This document shows positions 25,422 through 41,240 of a DNA stretch of 64,000 bases, in pieces. The notes under the pieces were generated by a model, which worked only from the letters and a program-made list of their open reading frames with translations, had not been told where the DNA came from and ran no database searches. This DNA comes from Octopus vulgaris (taxonomy: Eukaryota). The stretch's first letter is position 1, and each line of letters starts with the position of its first letter. The position numbers and the translations under genes are program-made. Location: the NCBI GenBank assembly GCA_951406725.2, contig OX597827.1:62062001-62126000 (forward strand). The letters are read 5' to 3'.

Positions 25422-25942
25422 CATACGTACCACCGTATATTTTTTTTCCTCTTTCTTTTTTTTGTTTCAGTCATTGGACTGCGCCCACTCCGGGACACTA
25501 CCTTGAAGGTTTGAGCCCAACAAATCGAATTCAGTATTGAGATTTTTTAAAAAACACAACACATACGGGGACGTAAACAAACCAGGCGATGGTCGACAAA
25601 AACTAGCACAAAAACGCACGCATACATAGACTAAATCCCTGCTCACTACAACCAGAGCGGAGATGGCTATCGGCTAGTGCTAGCCCCGAGTCAGAGAGGC
25701 AGGTGTGGCGCATCTCCCTCGTCATGCTCCGCGGCAACGTCTTTTCTATTTTGTCTGCTGGGACCATGACGCACTCTGAATTACAGGAAATTGATATAAT
25801 GCAAGAAGTTCGTAGCTTACTACCCATAGTTGGTCAGTACATTATCCCGTTTCCTTTCGATCTTCTCATGTATTTTTATGCATCTATGTAGCTGTCTGCC
25901 TGTCTATCCATCTATCTGTCTGTCTGTCTGTCTCTCTGTCTC

Positions 25943-26082
25943 ACGCAAAGATGCATACGCAAAGATGCATACGCAAAGATGCATACGCAAAGATGCATAC
26001 GCAAAGATGCATACGCAAAGATGCATACGCAAAGATGCATACGCAAAGATGCATGCGCAAAGATGCATACGCAAAGAAGCAT
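25943..26082. repeat. 14-bp minisatellite (ACGCAAAGATGCAT) x ~10
   Basis: Nearly perfect tandem copies. Confidence 0.95.
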
Positions 26083-26189
26083 ACACAAAAAAACACACAC
26101 ACACAGGCATACACACACAAATATTCACTCTCACTCTCTCTCTGGGTCCTTCTCTCCCTCACTCCCTCTTCCTATATATCTGTTTGTCA

Positions 26190-26497
26190 TCCTGGGATCA
26201 GCGTGACCGACCAGGGTATCAGATGTTGCTACACATCACTGGTCACAATGCGCTTCGCATTTGGCCTTCAAATGACGCTACCCCACTGGCTAAGCGAGCA
26301 GGCCAAGAGAAGAAAGAGTGAGAGAATATCGTCGCGAAAGAGTACAGCAGGGATCGCCCCTGCCCACTGACGGAACCTCGTGGAACTTTTTGGTGTTTTC
26401 GCTCAATAAACACTCACAACGCCCGGTCCCGGAATCGAAACCGCGATCCTACAGACGCGAGTCCGCTGCCCTATCGACTGGGCCATTGCGCCTCCAC
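26190..26497 (-). mobile_element. SINE family S1, inverted, third tail type
   Basis: Ends TGGGCCATTGCGCCTCCA, the reverse complement of the S1 head. Confidence 0.85.
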
Positions 26498-26814
26498 ATA
26501 TCTATATGTTCCTTCATGAATATATGCTAATGCAGGAAAACCAATGCACGTACAACGGGGAAATGCGCACTAAGAAACATGCAAGGAACCCATTTCACTG
26601 CAATGCACACACACACAAACACTCAGAACCACAAAAATGCTCACCAGTACATATCCGAGGTCATATCAATAGACAGATATATATATGTATATATATATGC
26701 ACAAATGTTCCTCACCAACCATAAAGACATCAGACTTCAAAACATGTAACATCTAGTGGCCCCTGTCTTACGCATCAGCTTTTGTATTCACTTTAAAACA
26801 TCAACCTTTTACAC

Positions 26815-30163
<3,349 letters not shown>

Positions 30164-30396
30164 CATGAAACAGCCATATAAATACTTATATATATAGAAA
30201 GATATAAAGAAACAGAAATGCATTTTTACGTTTATGCAGTTACACCGAAACATGGCGCGCCGAATATGATAAGCATTTATGGCGGTCAGCCGTTCAGGTA
30301 CAGAATTATGTTTGTACTTTAGAAGGCATAAAAGCAAGCTTAAAGCTGCATTCGCATTAAAATGGCGACGGAACGTATCGATTATATTGATGCCGT

Positions 30397-30417
30397 TATC
30401 ATCATCATCATCACCAC

Positions 30418-30474
<57 letters not shown>

Positions 30475-30483
30475 TATCATTCA

Positions 30484-30553
<70 letters not shown>

Positions 30554-30556
30554 TAC

Positions 30557-30593
<37 letters not shown>

Positions 30594-30686
30594 GTTATTA
30601 TCATCATCATCATCATCATCATCATCATTCTTCTTCTTCTTCTTCTTCTTCTTCTTATTATTATTATTATTCTTTTTCTTCTTCTT

Positions 30687-30717
<31 letters not shown>

Positions 30718-30736
30718 TTATTATTATTATCATTGA

Positions 30737-30790
<54 letters not shown>

Positions 30791-30816
30791 CATCATCATC
30801 ATTATTATTATTATTA

Positions 30817-30872
<56 letters not shown>

Positions 30873-30980
30873 GCTGCCGTTGTTGTTGTTCTCGATGCTG
30901 TTGTTCTCGTTGTTGGTGGTGGTAGTGTTGGTGGTGTTAGTGGTGATGGTGGTATTGGTGGTATTTTCGTTGGTGGTATT
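30397..30980. repeat. Compound (CAT)/(TTA)/(TTC)/(GTG) trinucleotide tract
   Basis: Direct inspection. Confidence 0.95.
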
Positions 30981-31224
30981 ATATCTGTAACGGTTTGTTT
31001 CTGTTATTGCTTTTACTATTAATAACGATATTGCGTTTTGCATTTCAGCTTTTACGCATGTCGTGTTTTGTATAGTGATGGATTGGTGCGTTTAATAGGA
31101 AACGGAGAAAGAAAGAAAAAAAGAAAGAAAGAAAATACCAAAGGAACAAAAGGAAACGAATTATGCCAACGAGCAACAACAACAACAGAAGTAAAAACAA
31201 AAAGCAAAAACTCGGAATGTAAAC

Positions 31225-31480
31225 GAGTTTGATTGGGGTAGATAGAATGCTCGGTGGTTTGATGACGTGAGGGTAATGATCAGTTGAATTGAAGCACCCG
31301 TACAGTACTCGAAATGCAAATGGAATTTCCATGTGGACGCGACACCTCCCGCAAACTGTACTGAACGAGACAATCGGGCGCGGCTGTTTGGACGCTGCCG
31401 ATTTGGCGCGGCTGAATGGATACTTATTCTGTTTTTGCGACAGAATATTTCTGCCCCGGAGGCAAACACGCGTGCGCGCA
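31225..31480. promoter_or_regulatory. CpG-rich unique island with clustered TF-like motifs
   Basis: ATTGG 31232, TGACGTGA 31263, octamer ATGCAAAT 31314 abutting GGAATTTCC 31322, E2F-like TCCCGCAAA 31347 and TTTGGCGCG 31402. Confidence 0.35.
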
Positions 31481-31865
31481 AACACACCCTCAGACACACA
31501 CACACAGACAGATACACACACACATGCACATGTACAAGCACGCACAAATATACACAAACATATAGAAATTGAGCGAGATAGAAGGAGAGAGAGAGAGAGA
31601 GATTAAACATATATTCAAACATAACTAGATACTCACACAGATAAACACAAAAGGGATGATGGGGAAGAGAGAGAGAGAGAGAGAGAGAAAGCGAGAGAGA
31701 GGGAGTGGGAAAGATAGAGAGAAGGCGAAAAAGACTAGGAGGGGGAAAGGACGAAAGAAATATTACAGCGTATTTTGCCAACTGAGGGCCAAATCAGCGC
31801 CCCGACATAGGCGGCATCAAAATGACTGTGCCAAGAAGTCTCCTACTCTCAAATACATATGCATA

Positions 31866-32387
31866 CTGTAAATCCTCGAGTATAGTCCACCCTTGAGTAT
31901 AATACGCAGGGGATTTTTAGGGGGTTGTACCTCTGAAAAACCTAAACCTTGTGTATAATACGCACCCCTTTTCTAACTTGAGTCGTGTGTAATTAAACTA
32001 GCAGCACCTAGTCGAACAAACACTTCCGCGCATGCGTAATACAATAATGGTGATGTTCTTAACTGTTATATGGGAATGTAAATATGTTTGTAAATTGTTT
32101 TTGTTACATGTTATTCCGTGTTCTGAATACTTTTATTTTAATAAATGTTGCTTACTGCAAGTTATGGATGATCCTTTTATGACTTCATTGCTTTCAGGCT
32201 TAGCTTAAGGTATTTTCGCGCCCGACATAACAAAATGCGTCTGAATAAACATTGCCGAAGAGCAAATAGAAGCTCGGACATTGCTTAGAAAATATTTTTC
32301 ATTTTTAACCTCGTATATAGTACGCATTACGGATTTTGACCGTTAAATTTTGGGGAAAAAATGCGAATTATACTCGAAGATTTACGG
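31866..32387. mobile_element. Tc2/pogo-type MITE
   Basis: TIRs CTGTAAATCCTCGAGTATA / TATACTCGAAGATTTACGG; TA on both sides; subterminal GTATA(A/G)TACGCA repeats. Confidence 0.88.
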
Positions 32388-32885
32388 TATTTCTACTGCA
32401 AATCTAATTACGCGAACAAAAATTTAGTATTGAGTGCGGTTGAACTGTAAAATTTCTAGTGCCTTGATTATTTGACTGCGTAATTAAATTCCATAGTCAT
32501 TCCCATAATGATGTTAATTATGCACCAGTAAGACAATTGATATTTTTTGCTTCTGTAATACTTTTTCAGTTATTCCTGTAGATACGGTTTTCCTATTCAC
32601 CAGTAGAAGCATTTGATTTTCGCTCTGGAAAGAGACATTCAATGAAATATGTGAAAAAAACCCCAAATAATTAAGAAATTGCTTTTATTAAATGTGTCAC
32701 CGAGAGTATCTCTGCTTCTCTCTGCAAACGGAGAGGCTTTTTTTTCAAAACCGTTAGGTAAAATCATTTTCTGCAGTTGATGGTAATAATATTTTGAGCG
32801 GATGCAGCCACTTTTCACGTCCAAAGCGTTAATCTTTAGCGGACTCCCCTCGAATCGGACTTTATATGTTTCTTATATACGTTTG

Positions 32886-33300
32886 AGGCGGCGAGCTGGC
32901 AGAATCGTTAGCACGCAAGGCGAAATGCTTTGCGGTATTTCGTCTGCCGTTACGTTCTGAGTTTAAATTACGCCGAGGTCGACTTTGCCTTTCATCCTTT
33001 CGGGGTCGATTAAATAAGTACCAGCTACGCACTGGGGTCGATACAATCGACTTAATCCGTTTGTCTGTCCTTGTTTGTCCCCTCTGTGTTTAGCCCATTG
33101 AGGGTAGTAAAGAAATAGGTATTTCGTCTGCCGTTACGTTCTGAGTTCAAATTCCGCCGAGGTCGACTTTGCCTTTCATCCTTTCGGTGTCGATAAATAA
33201 AGTACCAGTTTCGCACTGGGGTTAATGTAATCGACTTAATCCCTTTGTTTGTCCTTGTTTGTCCCCTCTATGTTTAGCATGTTGTGGGTTGTAAAGAAAT
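32886..33300 (+). mobile_element. SINE family S2, internally dimeric
   Basis: One head followed by two copies of B box, core and tail. Confidence 0.9.
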
Positions 33301-33784
33301 ATATATGTTTCTTATATATGTTTCTGTAACTGTACTAATACCTACAAAAACAAACTTATCGATGACAAAAAGAATAATCACAATTAAAAAGAAAAACGAA
33401 AAATTTTATTATGTTCTCTGATAAAACAAATAACGTTTATGAAGTGGAAGATAACATCTATAAGCAATTATTTAATAATATTTTCTATAATTACAAAATG
33501 ACTGCAGTTAACATACAATAATGGAAACAGTGAGGCAGAAATTTGAACCAAATTAGATAATTGGCAAGATTATCTAGGCGAGACTGTCTAGGCACGAATT
33601 TGAACCGAATAAAAAAGTAGATAACACACTCTAGGCGAGTCTATTTCGTACATTACGCTTAAGGGCCACAAAGAATTTTGCCCCGACAATAAAATGCTTA
33701 ATTAACCTCGCAAAATGTGAAACATGATTAATTCGCAAGATTATCTTAAGCGATATGAATAATTGCTTCTCACATAAGATCAAT

Positions 33785-34295
33785 GCCTGAAATTTGGGAG
33801 AGTGGGTTAATCAAGAACATTGGCTCAAGTTTTTTTTACTGGTATTTTATTTTATCGACCTCCAAAGAACGAAATGTAAAGTTGGCTCCGGTGGGATTTC
33901 AACTGAAAACGTCGATAACATCCTTCCGGAGTAGTTATCGTCTCCGGAAGGATGAAAGGCAATGTTGACCTCAGCAGAATTTGAACGCAGAACATAGAGA
34001 AGGCCGTAATGCCGCTAAGCAATTTGTCCGGCGTGTTAATGGTTCTGCCAGCTCGCCGCCTTCATCATTTTCAACGAAAGTTCCAAATTTTGACACAAGC
34101 CCGGCAATTGTAGGGGGGAGGCTGGTCGAGTACATCGACCTCAGTACTCAACTGGTATTTATTTTATCGACACCTTAAGGGATATAAAGCAAAGCCGAAG
34201 TCGTCGGTTTTTGATCTTAAAACGTAATGGCTGAAGAAATGAAATTAAGCATTTTTTTCCCGTTGTGCTAACAATTCTTCTCGCTCACTGCTTTA
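33785..34295 (-). mobile_element. Degenerate S2 SINE copies, inverted
   Basis: GGATGAAAGGCAA...TGCCAGCTCGCCGCCTT. Confidence 0.7.
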
Positions 34296-34315
34296 ATAAT
34301 ATTTTTATTATCATT

Positions 34316-34346
<31 letters not shown>

Positions 34347-34929
34347 ACAACAGTAACAGCAACAACAACAACAGCCACAACAACAACAACAACAACAATA
34401 GCCAGTCTCATTGCTTTACCGTTTCCATGTTTTAATCTACCTCCTACTTCTCTCGTCTCTCACCTCCACCTCCCACGGTTTCTTTTAAGCTATTTCTCCC
34501 CCTTTTTTTCCCCGAGTAAATCTCTTCGTCTTCTTCTCCCTTCTCGCCTGCTATTCTCCATTCCTTTCTCGACGTCAAATATCTATTAACTTCCTCCTAA
34601 CTATTATATGTGTTCAGCCAGCGTTAACATATTTAATGCAAGCAGTATATGTATTTCCAGTTAGCTTTTTAATGCTCGTTGCATTAAACGTGTTAACAAA
34701 ACTTTATTGGTTTTTCATGATGATGGCATCTCCGAATTTTTATTCTCTGAACAATTCTGTGTTCCTATTCCCACCAATGTACAATATTCTACATTTATTT
34801 AGCTAATCTTTCACCACTATTTCGGCGAAGTACGGTGAAGTCTATGTCTCGGTGATGAGGATAAAATATGGGTAGAAACATATTCAAAGTTATCACTCAT
34901 AGTTATCGAAAGTAATAACCATTATTATT

Positions 34930-35910
34930 ACTTTTACTTTAATCATGAAAAGGCGGTGAGATGGCTGAGTGGTTAGCACGCCGGGCAAAATGTTTACCGG
35001 CATTTCGTCCGTCATTATATTATGAGATCAAATCCCGCCGAAGTCGACTTTGTCTTTCATACTTTCGGGGTCCATAAATTAAGAACCAGTGAAACACTGG
35101 GGTCGATGTAATCGACTAGTCCCCTCCTCATAAATTTCAGGCCTTGTGACAATAGTAGAAAGGATTATTTTTACTTTAATCATAAAAAGACGGGGAGATG
35201 GCTGAGTTTTTAGCACACCGGGTAAAATGCTTTAATGGCATTTCGCCCGTCGTCACGTTCTGAGTTCAAATTTCGCTGATGTTGACATTGTCTTTCATCC
35301 TTTCGGGGTCGATAAAATAAGTACCAGATGAATACTGGGGTCGATGTAATCGACATACTCTTTCTTCCGAAAATGCTGACCTTGTGCCAAAGTTTGAAAT
35401 CATTATTAACATTAATTTAATCATAAAAAGGCGGCGAGCTGGCAGTATCGTTACCATGTCGGACAAAATGCTTAGCGGTTCTTTACGTTCTGAGTTCAAA
35501 TTCCGCGGAGGTTGACTTTGCCTTTCATCCCTTGAGGAGTCGATAAAATAAATGCTAGTCAAGTCCTGGTGTCGGTGTAATCGACTTGCCCCTTGCCTCA
35601 AAAAGTTCTGGTTCTGTGCCAAAATTCGAAACCAGGCGGCGAGCTGCCAGAATCGTCAGCACGCCGGACTAATGCTTGACAGCATTTCATCTGTCTTTAA
35701 GCTGTGTTCAAATGCCTCCGACGTCGACTTTGCCCTTCGTTCTTTTGGAGTCGATAAAATAAGTACCACTCAGTCACTGGGGTCAACGTAATCAACTAGA
35801 CTCCGTCCTCCCTGCAAAATTTCAGACCTTCTGTCTATAGGACAAAGGATTATCATTATTACTTTAATCATAAAAAAAGCGGTGAGGTGGCAGAATTGTT
35901 AGCACGCATT
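34930..35910 (+). repeat. Tandem array of ~4 S2 SINE units (~230-245 bp) plus a truncated fifth
   Basis: TTTAATCAT(A/G)AAAAG-G(C/A)GG junction recurs near 34937, 35175, 35416 and 35863. Confidence 0.8.
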
Positions 35911-36183
35911 TTCAATTTCATTTCCTCTACAGCCCTCCATATATATATATATGAATAGAAATATTAACATTTCTAAATCTCTCTAAAGGAGACTACGTCA
36001 CCGGTACTGGATATTAATACTTATCGCCAAGCTAATATGGCCGTCCAGGAAAATAGGACGAATGCTACCGTTGATTAGCTCCAAGAGCCCATCGCCTCTA
36101 GCTAGCTATGTGACACACAAACCTGTGTCCATTATAACCTTCGAACAGGAGAAGTCAACAGCTTCCCCTTCATGGTTTGAAAA

Positions 36184-36224
36184 CCACAGACTAGTTTCGG
36201 AGTAGTTGCCCCTTATGAATGTGG
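36184..36224 (-). ncRNA. Minimal hammerhead, U3-A8 variant with additional G5C
   Basis: Minus strand CCACA-UUCAUAA-GGGG(CAACUA)CUCC-GAAAC-UA-GUC-UGUGG. Confidence 0.75.
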
Positions 36225-36491
36225 AGTAGCCGAACCCAACAGGTGTCGCTGCTGACCGTCTGTTCGAAGGATTATTTACCTAAATTCAGTGGAATACACC
36301 CATTGGTTTTCTAAAATAGAAATATTAGCATTTCTAAATCTCTCTAAAAGAGACTAAGACAGCGGTACTGGATATTAATAATTATCGCCAAGCTAACATG
36401 GCAGTCTAGGAAAATAGGACGAATGCTGCCGTTGATTAGCTCCAAGACGCCATCGCCTCTAGCAAGCTATGTGACACATTGATAAGCTACT

Positions 36492-36532
36492 CCACATTGA
36501 TAAGGGGCAACTACCCCGAAACTAGTCTGTTG
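36492..36532 (+). ncRNA. Minimal hammerhead, U3-A8 covariant core
   Basis: CCACA-UUGAUAA-GGGG(CAACUA)CCCC-GAAAC-UA-GUC-UGUUG; palindromic ACUAGU helix III. Confidence 0.82.
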
Positions 36533-36599
36533 AATGTCAAACCAGCAAGGTGAAACTGCCGACCTTCCCTGTTCGAAGGTTATAATGGTCACAGCAGTC

Positions 36600-36897
36600 A
36601 GAGAGCGCAAACCTTCACAAAGGCAACACCAACGTCCTTTCAACGATTAGCCAGAGATGATTTTTAAAATGAGAGTATCTGAAATAAACTCGACTGCTCT
36701 CACAAACAAGAATACTAAAAATGAACCCGACCGCTCTCAAAAATTAAGTAAAAAAAAAGAAGAAGAATCCAGAATCCTTGTCCGGTACCGGATCGATCCC
36801 CAAATCTAGTCAGTTCGTGCAAGTCACGAGGCCAAACATTCCTGAAAGTTTCATCTGAATCTATCCACGAATAAACAAACACAACAGAAAACAATGA
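36600..36897 (+). mobile_element. Probable non-autonomous DNA element fragment (Crypton/Helentron-like)
   Basis: CCGGTACCGGATC...AAATCTAGTCAGTTC...AAGTTTCATC..AATC...AAACAAACA...GAAAACA layout resembles such elements from memory only. Confidence 0.3.
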
Positions 36898-36902
36898 TAG
36901 TA

Positions 36903-36960
<58 letters not shown>

Positions 36961-36962
<2 letters not shown>

Positions 36963-37516
36963 GCCCTGATGCAGTACCAGGCAGTGGCTCTCATGGCTTC
37001 TGATCTTAACTGATTGGAAGTGTCATCATGTACATTGTTTTGTCTTGGTATAAAAGATGGGCTACAGCAAATATTCTGCTCAATACCACAGATTTGCTTG
37101 TCAGTTGTTTGACCTTAACCAGTTGAGCATGTCCCTTAGTGGCTGACGATATGTGCATCTCTGATCACGAGCAGAAGTAGTGGGGGAGCATCATAGCCAT
37201 GTGTTGAGAGGGATTCTTTGGGGTTTGAATAATTCACCTCTGGAAACATGGGTGGTTCTTTCAACATCCTTAAACAACCCTTATTCAGGGACCTTTTGAG
37301 CGGGATGGGCTACTCAACCTGAAGAAAATTCTAACTGGGTCCCACCTGCAAGGTCATGTGCTGTTTATCGTGATATGAGATCACCATGTCGCGCACATAT
37401 GGTTGTGATGCATGTGCCTGGTGTACCCTTATCAGACGGGTAGTCATGATGGGTATATTGGGCTTCGTATATTTTACCCCAGTGTCACTTTGATGGCATG
37501 CACTGCTCTCTCACTC
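36961..37516. mobile_element. ~555-bp (TAA)n-embedded element, copy 1
   Basis: Bounded by (TAA)n on both sides; highly similar to 37577-38125. Confidence 0.85.
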
Positions 37517-37576
<60 letters not shown>

Positions 37577-37577
<1 letters not shown>

Positions 37578-38125
37578 TGCCCTGATGTAGTACCAGGCAG
37601 TGGCTCTCATGGCTTCTGATCTTGATTGGAAGTGTTATCATGTACATTGTTTTGTCTTGGTATAAAAGATGGGCTACAGCAAATATTCTGCTCAATACCA
37701 CAGATTTGCTTATCAGTTGTTTGACCTTAACCAGTTGAGCATGTCCCTTGGTGGATGACGATATGTGCATCTCTGATCACCAGCAGAAGTAGTGGGGGAG
37801 CATCATAGCCATGTGTTGAGAGGGATTCTTTGGGGTTTGGATAATTCACCTTTGGAAACATGGGTGGTTCTTTCAACATCCTTAAACAATCCTTATTCAG
37901 GGACCTTTTGAGCGAGATGGGTTACTCGATCAGAAGAAAGTTCTAACTGGGCCTCACCTGCAAGGTCATGTGCTGTTTATCTTGATATGAGATCACCATG
38001 TCGCGCACATATAGTTGTGATGCATGTGCCTAGAGTACCCTTATCAGACGGGTAGTCATGATGAGTATACTGTGCTTCGTATATTTTACCCCAGTGTCAC
38101 TTTGATGGCATGCACTGCTCTCTCA
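37577..38125. mobile_element. ~550-bp (TAA)n-embedded element, copy 2
   Basis: Same start ATGCCCTGATG and end GCACTGCTCTCTCA; same orientation; separated from copy 1 by (TAA)n. Confidence 0.85.
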
Positions 38126-38128
38126 TAC

Positions 38129-38198
<70 letters not shown>

Positions 38199-38329
38199 TT
38201 AATAATTCCTTCTACTATAGGCACAAGACCTAAAATTTTGAGGGAGGAGCTAATCGCTACAGCGATCCCTGTGCTCGACTGGTGCTTAACAATTATAGTG
38301 GTAGCAAAATATTCGGATTTATACTGGTG

Positions 38330-39011
38330 ATGGTGATTGTTGAGATAGTAGTAGTAGTGATGGTACCCAAGGGTAGCAGTGGTCGTTAAAGCGGTGTTAG
38401 TATTAGTAGTAATAGTCGTTATAACGCTGTTAGTAGTAATAGTAGTAGTGGTAAAGGTATTGATAGTAGTAATTAACGTGGTAATAGCGATGGCAGTGTT
38501 GGTAAGTGATGGTAGTAGTGGCATTGATGGTAGTGTCAATTGTGGTAGTGGTCATAATGTAAGAGGATAACCGGATGATGGTGGGGATGCGGTCGAGATG
38601 GTAATGTTGGTGGTCTGAGTGGTTACTAGGTGGGTAGGGTTACGGTGGCAGTGCTAGGAGTGATAGTACCGATGAAGGTAGTGGTGGTTTTCGTAGTGGT
38701 GGTGGTGATAGTAGTGGCATGGTGGTAGAGGTTGTGATGCTGGTGGTGATAGTAGAGGTGGTGGTATTGGTGGTGGTGACGACGATGATGTTCTTGGCGT
38801 TGTTGCAGTTGTGGTTGTAGTCGTTGCTTGCACTTCTTGCGATGGTAGTGGTTGTGGTGGTGGTGGTGATAGCATGGTTGATAAATTAGTAATTATCAAT
38901 GTTTCTTTCAAATTATTCACATCTTTTTTTTTTACAGAGTTGAGAAGAAAGCGAAAGAGATAGGGGAAGAAAGATAGGTATGAGATAGATCATCATCACC
39001 GTCATCATTAC

Positions 39012-39049
<38 letters not shown>

Positions 39050-40041
39050 CCACCACCACCACCACCACCACCACCACCACCACCACCACCACCACCACCA
39101 CCACCACCACCACCACCACCATTATCATCACCACCTTCATCGTCATTACTACTACCACCACACCACCACTATCATCATCATCATCATCATCATCATCATC
39201 GTCACCACTACCACCATTATCATCACGACCTCCATCGTCATTACCACCACCAAACCACCACTATCATCATCATCATCATCATCATCGTCACCCACCCCGC
39301 ACCACTACCCCCACCACCTCCACCACCACCACCATTATCATCATCATCGTCGTTGTTGTCGTCGTCTTCGACTTTGCACTCATCAGGGCCGTCATGTACA
39401 AAAACCACCAGCACAACCAGGACCAGCAGCAGCAGCACCCCCACCACCACTACCACCACCACCACCACCACCACCACCACCACCACCACCACCACCACCA
39501 CCTCCACCACCACCACCACCACCTCACTTACCACTATCGCTCGCCTTTACCTTCACAACCATTACCTTTATCACTTCCCCCATGACCTCCCCCGACAACA
39601 ACACCAACAATAACGACAGCAACCACACCAACATGCAACAAAGACACCAAACGCCATAAGAAAAACCAACAATGACAGCAACAACGATAGCAACAACGAC
39701 ACTAGTAGCAACAACAACAACAGCAACAACAGCAGCAACAACAACAACAACAACAACAACGGCAACAACAGTAGCAACAACAACAACAATGGTAAAACGT
39801 CCATGGCATAAAATAAAGCACAAAGAATCAGAAATGGAAGAATTTATTTCTCACAAATCGTGATTAAGACTATTCGCATCACAGTTATTCCAGCCCACTC
39901 ACCTTTTCCACCCGAGATACACCGCCATTATTCGGAGAATGAGAGGAATGTGAAGGAATTTGATAGAATGAAAGGGAGGACTGGTAGTGAGAGAGAGAAG
40001 GAGAGAAATGGGTGGAAAGAGAGAGAAGGAGAGAAATGGGT

Positions 40042-40093
<52 letters not shown>

Positions 40094-40168
40094 ATGAGAA
40101 ATAAAGAGAATGAGTGAGAGGAAAGGCGAAAGAAAAAGAGGGAGATTATCACGAAAACTGATACATAC

Positions 40169-40221
<53 letters not shown>

Positions 40222-40530
40222 CACTCATGGAAAGAGAGATAGAGAGTGAGAGGGAGAGAGACTATGAAAAGAAACGATATATATATATATGTATATATGT
40301 ATATATATATATGCATATATATATGTACATATGTTTGTATATATATGTATATATACATATATAAGTACGTACACACACGTATATATGCATATTTATGTTT
40401 ATATATGTATGTGAGTGTGTATACCTACACACACACACAAACACACACACACATGTATATATATATATACACACATACATATATGTATGTATACATGCAA
40501 GTCATACACACATGCACACGCACATGCACT

Positions 40531-40575
<45 letters not shown>

Positions 40576-40580
40576 CGAGA

Positions 40581-40635
<55 letters not shown>

Positions 40636-40969
40636 AAGGTAAGACAACATGCAAAAGAGGTAACGTGTGGAAAAGATAACAAAGGAAGGAAGGAATGAAA
40701 TGAAACAAAGAAAACAAACTAAAAAAGAAAAAAAAAAAAAAACAAAAAAAAAAACAAGACAACGAAGTAAAATTAAGAGAAGATAGAAAGATATGGGGGC
40801 GGTTACGGTTAGAATTAGGAGGAGGCGGATGAGGAGGAGGAAATGATAGTGGGCTGGGTATCTGTAATCTCACTAAATTGATGCTTCGTACCAGAATGAA
40901 ATAAAGTATCCATCTTTGGCACTAACACCTCTTTCATTAGCTTTCACCCTGCTGTTGATATTTCAGCTG

Positions 40970-41035
<66 letters not shown>

Positions 41036-41093
41036 CATCAACGCCACCAGCACCACCACCGCCACCGCCACCACCATCACCACCACCACCACC

Positions 41094-41164
<71 letters not shown>

Positions 41165-41240
41165 GACTACTAGCAGTCGTTGTCAATGTTCTTGTTGTAG
41201 TTGTTGTGGTAGTAGTTGTAGTGTTAGTGTTTATGATGAT
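38330..41240. repeat. Low-complexity and microsatellite field (GTG/GTA, CAC, CAT, CAA, GA, TA, CTA)
   Basis: Direct inspection. Confidence 0.9.

Larger units (their letters stand above)
35954..36594. mobile_element. Retrozyme-like element B: 361-nt unit, 164-nt tandem overhang and inverted 109-nt HHR segment
   Basis: 35954-36117 repeats at 36315-36478 (period 361); 36486-36594 is a diverged reverse complement of 36123-36230; preceded by (TA)n. Confidence 0.82.

Noticed and set aside
25943-26082. Regular repeat resembling a CRISPR array
   Set aside because: No unique spacers and a eukaryotic context; it is a plain minisatellite.
36000-36072. HDV-like ribozyme on the + strand of element B (GTCC...GGACGAATG)
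   Set aside because: P2 5' strand not adjacent to P3, L3 lacks the UCCNCG pattern, and the topology is not reproduced in element A.
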